Source: Blepharisma stoltei ATCC 30299
Lineage: Eukaryota; Protista; Ciliophora
DNA length: 64,000 bases
Direction of reading: 5' to 3'
Assembly: GCA_965603825.1 (NCBI GenBank)
Contig: CBFDEM010000038.1
Location: forward strand, 499,582 to 563,581
Below, in pieces: positions 60,660 to 64,000 of this stretch. The notes beneath the pieces were generated by a model. That model saw nothing but the letters and a program-made list of their open reading frames with translations. It ran no database searches and was not told the origin of the DNA. How positions within the stretch are numbered: the first letter of the stretch is position 1; each line of letters begins with the position of its first letter. Position numbers and translations under genes: made by a program.

Positions 60660-61055
60660 TAAAATTATTCTGCCTTGGCTAAGATAACTATGAATTGCCA
60701 CTATTTTTTTTTATAATTCTAGAGTAAAAGATTTAATTTAGTTCAAAATAGATGATATCTTATTTGTGATCTGCCTAAAGAAAGTGATTATACCTCATTT
60801 ATTGTCTTTAATAGGAAAATTTTAATATCTGGACTTAGTCATACAGACATATATGAATACGATGAAGCTATTGATGAATGCTCTAAAATTCATGTAAAAG
60901 CTCTTAAATGCAGAAAAGAAAGACAGCTGGTTTTAGGAAATTCGAGAGTATATATAATTCAATTTCCCTTGTCTATTTTTGAAAGCAAAGTTGATGATCA
61001 ATATCATTGGCGATATACTGGAGAAATAAAAATTCAGCCTTATATATTCAATTAA
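60660..61055 (+). pseudogene. 5'-truncated Kelch-like propeller remnant
   Basis: KLFCLG* followed by RFNLVQNR(W)..FNRKILISG..RVYII..IFESKVDDQYHWRY, matching the propellers of 46608 and 59624. No start codon. Confidence 0.8.
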
Positions 61056-61628
61056 GAAAAGTTCATAGAGATGCTATTTTTGATGATTTTAAGACCTAAA
61101 ATACAGTTATCTCTTGAAGTCTGATTTTTTCAAATAATTGATTTTTGTTGCAAATGTCTACTGTATTTTGATATACTCATGCTGAGGGAACTGCTAAAAC
61201 TCTTTATTTAAATATGTATTATGCAAGCCTGACAATTAAGATCACTCCTGTAAAATAGTTCATAGTTGCTAATTGGAATAATGTAAGTGAAATTATAAAT
61301 CGAGCACAATTTTGAGCTTGATTATTATTTCTAAATTAGTCCCAGAATCAAACATGATAAGTTTATTCTCGTCATATGAATTAGCTGTGTATTAATATAT
61401 AGATCTAACTATAAAGTTCACATCACTCAAGATCTTCTTGTATAGTTATGTGAATTTTTGAGATAAGATTAAATTCATCTTCTTTGCTTTTAACCCACTT
61501 TAAGAGCCTAAAAGCAGTTACTGGTTTATATAATTCATATATGGAGCCCATTAAGAGAGCATGAAGTGATGGTTGATTGAAGAATTACATAGAAAAATTA
61601 TAGAAATCAACTCTATTGAAGAATAAAT

Positions 61629-64000
61629 GTGTTAGGGGTGTTAGGGTGTTAGGGTGTTAGGGTGTTAGGGTGTTAGGGTGTTAGGGTGTTAGGGTGTTAG
61701 GGTGTTAGGGTGTTAGGGTGTTAGGGTGTTAGGGGTGTTAGGGTGTTAGGGTGTTAGGGTGTTAGGGTGTTAGGGTGTTAGGGTGTTAGGGTGTTAGGGT
61801 GTTAGGGTGTTAGGGTGTTAGGGTGTTAGGGTGTTAGGGTGTTAGGGTGTTAGGGTGTTAGGGTGTTAGGGTGTTAGGGTGTTAGGGTGTTAGGGTGTTA
61901 GGGTGTTAGGGTGTTAGGGTGTTAGGGTGTTAGGGTGTTAGGGTGTTAGGGTGTTAGGGTGTTAGGGTGTTAGGGTGTTAGGGTGTTAGGGTGTTAGGGT
62001 GTTAGGGTGTTAGGGTGTTAGGGTGTTAGGGTGTTAGGGTGTTAGGGTGTTAGGGTGTTAGGGTGTTAGGGTGTTAGGGTGTTAGGGTGTTAGGGTGTTA
62101 GGGTGTTAGGGTGTTAGGGTGTTAGGGTGTTAGGGTGTTAGGGTGTTAGGGTGTTAGGGTGTTAGGGTGTTAGGGTGTTAGGGTGTTAGGGTGTTAGGGT
62201 GTTAGGGTGTTAGGGTGGTTAGGGTGTTAGGGTGTTAGGGTGTTAGGGTGTTAGGGTGTTAGGGTGTTAGGGTGTTAGGGTGTTAGGGTGTTAGGGTGTT
62301 AGGGTGTTAGGGTGTTAGGGTGTTAGGGTGTTAGGGTGTTAGGGTGTTAGGGTGTTAGGGTGTTAGGGTGTTAGGGTGTTAGGGTGTTAGGGTGTTAGGG
62401 TGTTAGGGTGTTAGGGTGTTAGGGTGTTAGGGTGTTAGGGTGTTAGGGTGTTAGGGTGTTAGGGTGTTAGGGTGTTAGGGGTGTTAGGGTGTTAGGGTGT
62501 TAGGGTGTTAGGGTGTTAGGGTGTTAGGGTGTTAGGGTGTTAGGGTGTTAGGGTGTTAGGGTGTTAGGGTGTTAGGGTGTTAGGGTGTTAGGGTGTTAGG
62601 GTGTTAGGGTGTTAGGGTGTTAGGGTGTTAGGGTGTTAGGGTGTTAGGGTGTTAGGGTGTTAGGGTGTTAGGGTGTTAGGGTGTTAGGGTGTTAGGGTGT
62701 TAGGGTGTTAGGGTGTTAGGGTGTTAGGGTGTTAGGGTGTTAGGGTGTTAGGGTGTTAGGGTGTTAGGGTGTTAGGGTGTTAGGGTGTTAGGGTGTTAGG
62801 GTGGTGTTAGGGTGTTAGGGTGTTAGGGTGTTAGGGTGTTAGGGTGTTAGGGTGTTAGGGTGTTAGGGTGTTAGGGTGTTAGGGTGTTAGGGGTGTTAGG
62901 GTGTTAGGGTGTTAGGGTGTTAGGGTGTTAGGGTGTTAGGGTGTTAGGGTGTTAGGGTGTTAGGGTGTTAGGGTGTTAGGGTGTTAGGGTGTTAGGGTGT
63001 TAGGGTGTTAGGGTGTTAGGGTGTTAGGGTGTTAGGGTGTTAGGGTGTTAGGGTGTTAGGGTGTTAGGGTGTTAGGGTGTTAGGGTGTTAGGGTGTTAGG
63101 GTGTTAGGGGGTGTTAGGGTGTTAGGGTGTTAGGGTGTTAGGGGTGGGTGTTAGGGTGTTAGGGTGTTAGGGTGTTAGGGTGTTAGGGTGTTAGGGTGTT
63201 AGGGTGTTAGGGTGTTAGGGTGTTAGGGTGTTAGGGTGTTAGGGTGTTAGGGGGGTTAGGGTGTTAGGGTGTTAGGGTGTTAGGGTGTTAGGGTGTTAGG
63301 GTGTTAGGGTGTTAGGGTGTTAGGGTGTTAGGGTGTTAGGGTGTTAGGGTGTTAGGGTGTGGGTGTAGGGTGTTAGGGTGTTAGGGTGTTAGGGTGTTAG
63401 GGTGTTAGGGTGTTAGGGTGTTAGGGTGTTAGGGTGTAGGGTGTAGGGTGTTAGGGTGTTAGGGTGTGGGTGTTAGGGTGTTAGGGTGTTAGGGTGTTAG
63501 GGTGTTAGGGTGTTAGGGTGTTGGGGTGTTAGGGTGTTAGGGTGTTAGGGTGTTAGGGTGTTAGGGTGTTAGGGTGTTAGGGTGTTAGGGTGTTAGGGTG
63601 TTAGGGTGTTAGGGTGTTAGGGTGTTAGGGTGTTAGGGTGTTAGGGTGTTAGGGTGTTAGGGTGTGTTGGGTGTTAGGGTGTTAGGGTGTTAGGGTGTTA
63701 GGGTGTTAGGGTGGGTGTTAGGGTGTTGGGGTGGGTGTGGGGTGTTGGGTGTTGGGTGTTAGGGTGTTAGGGTGTTGGGGTTGGGTGTTAGGGTGTTAGG
63801 GTGGTTAGGGGGTGGGTGTTAGGGGTGTTGGGGTGTTGGGGTGTTGGGTGTTGGGGTGGGTGTTGGGTGTTAGGGGTGTTAGGGTGTTGGGGGGTTGGGT
63901 GTGGGTGTTGGGGGTGTGGGGTGTGGGGTGTTGGGGGTGGTTAGGGTGTTAGGGTGTTAGGGTGTTAGGGTGTTAGGGTGTGTTATGGTGTTAGGGTGTT
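61629..64000 (+). repeat. Telomere, (TGTTAGGG)n = (CCCTAACA)n, about 295 units
   Basis: 8-bp G-rich tandem repeat running 5'->3' to the end of the window; it degenerates in the last ~650 nt. Confidence 0.98.

Noticed and set aside
1-61628. TGA as selenocysteine, widespread pseudogenisation, or a Mycoplasma/mitochondrial origin
   Set aside because: TGA aligns with Trp in many unrelated conserved proteins. Spliceosomal introns, eukaryotic gene content and a telomere show nuclear DNA.
1-64000. tRNA, rRNA, transposase or reverse-transcriptase genes
   Set aside because: None recognisable by eye; a covariance-model and HMM scan would be needed to exclude small or divergent ones.

Overview
This is AT-rich, gene-dense eukaryotic DNA ending in a ~2.4-kb (TGTTAGGG)n telomere. 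Three independent signals point to the end of a heterotrich ciliate macronuclear chromosome, most likely Blepharisma. (1) TGA is read as Trp, while TAA/TAG are stops: TGA sits at invariant Trp positions of kinases, a P4-ATPase and a K+ channel, and exchanges with TGG between paralogs. (2) There are eight 15-nt GTAA...A....AG introns. (3) The telomere unit is CCCTAACA. Re-reading with this code joins the fragmented ORF track into about 28 genes. These include two clusters of UBA-like/RING-H2 E3 ligases, an alveolate-type four-CNB cGMP-dependent kinase, a NEK kinase, a P4-ATPase flippase, a divergent PCNA, a two-RRM protein and a CNBD K+ channel with a zinc knuckle. Also present are a PAS-domain multi-pass membrane protein, a mitochondrial carrier, a truncated globin, an epsin, a full-length Dicer, an ankyrin-AGC kinase, a CCDC81-like HU-domain protein and a USP deubiquitinase. 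The last ~16 kb before the telomere hold a modular family in which one conserved B-box-like Zn module plus coiled coil is joined to Kelch, TPR or Kelch+TPR tails. The family shows recent TPR-unit duplications, pseudogene fragments and a 49-nt frame-breaking insertion, and is the best candidate for an undescribed system. All calls are from manual reading; no database searches were run.
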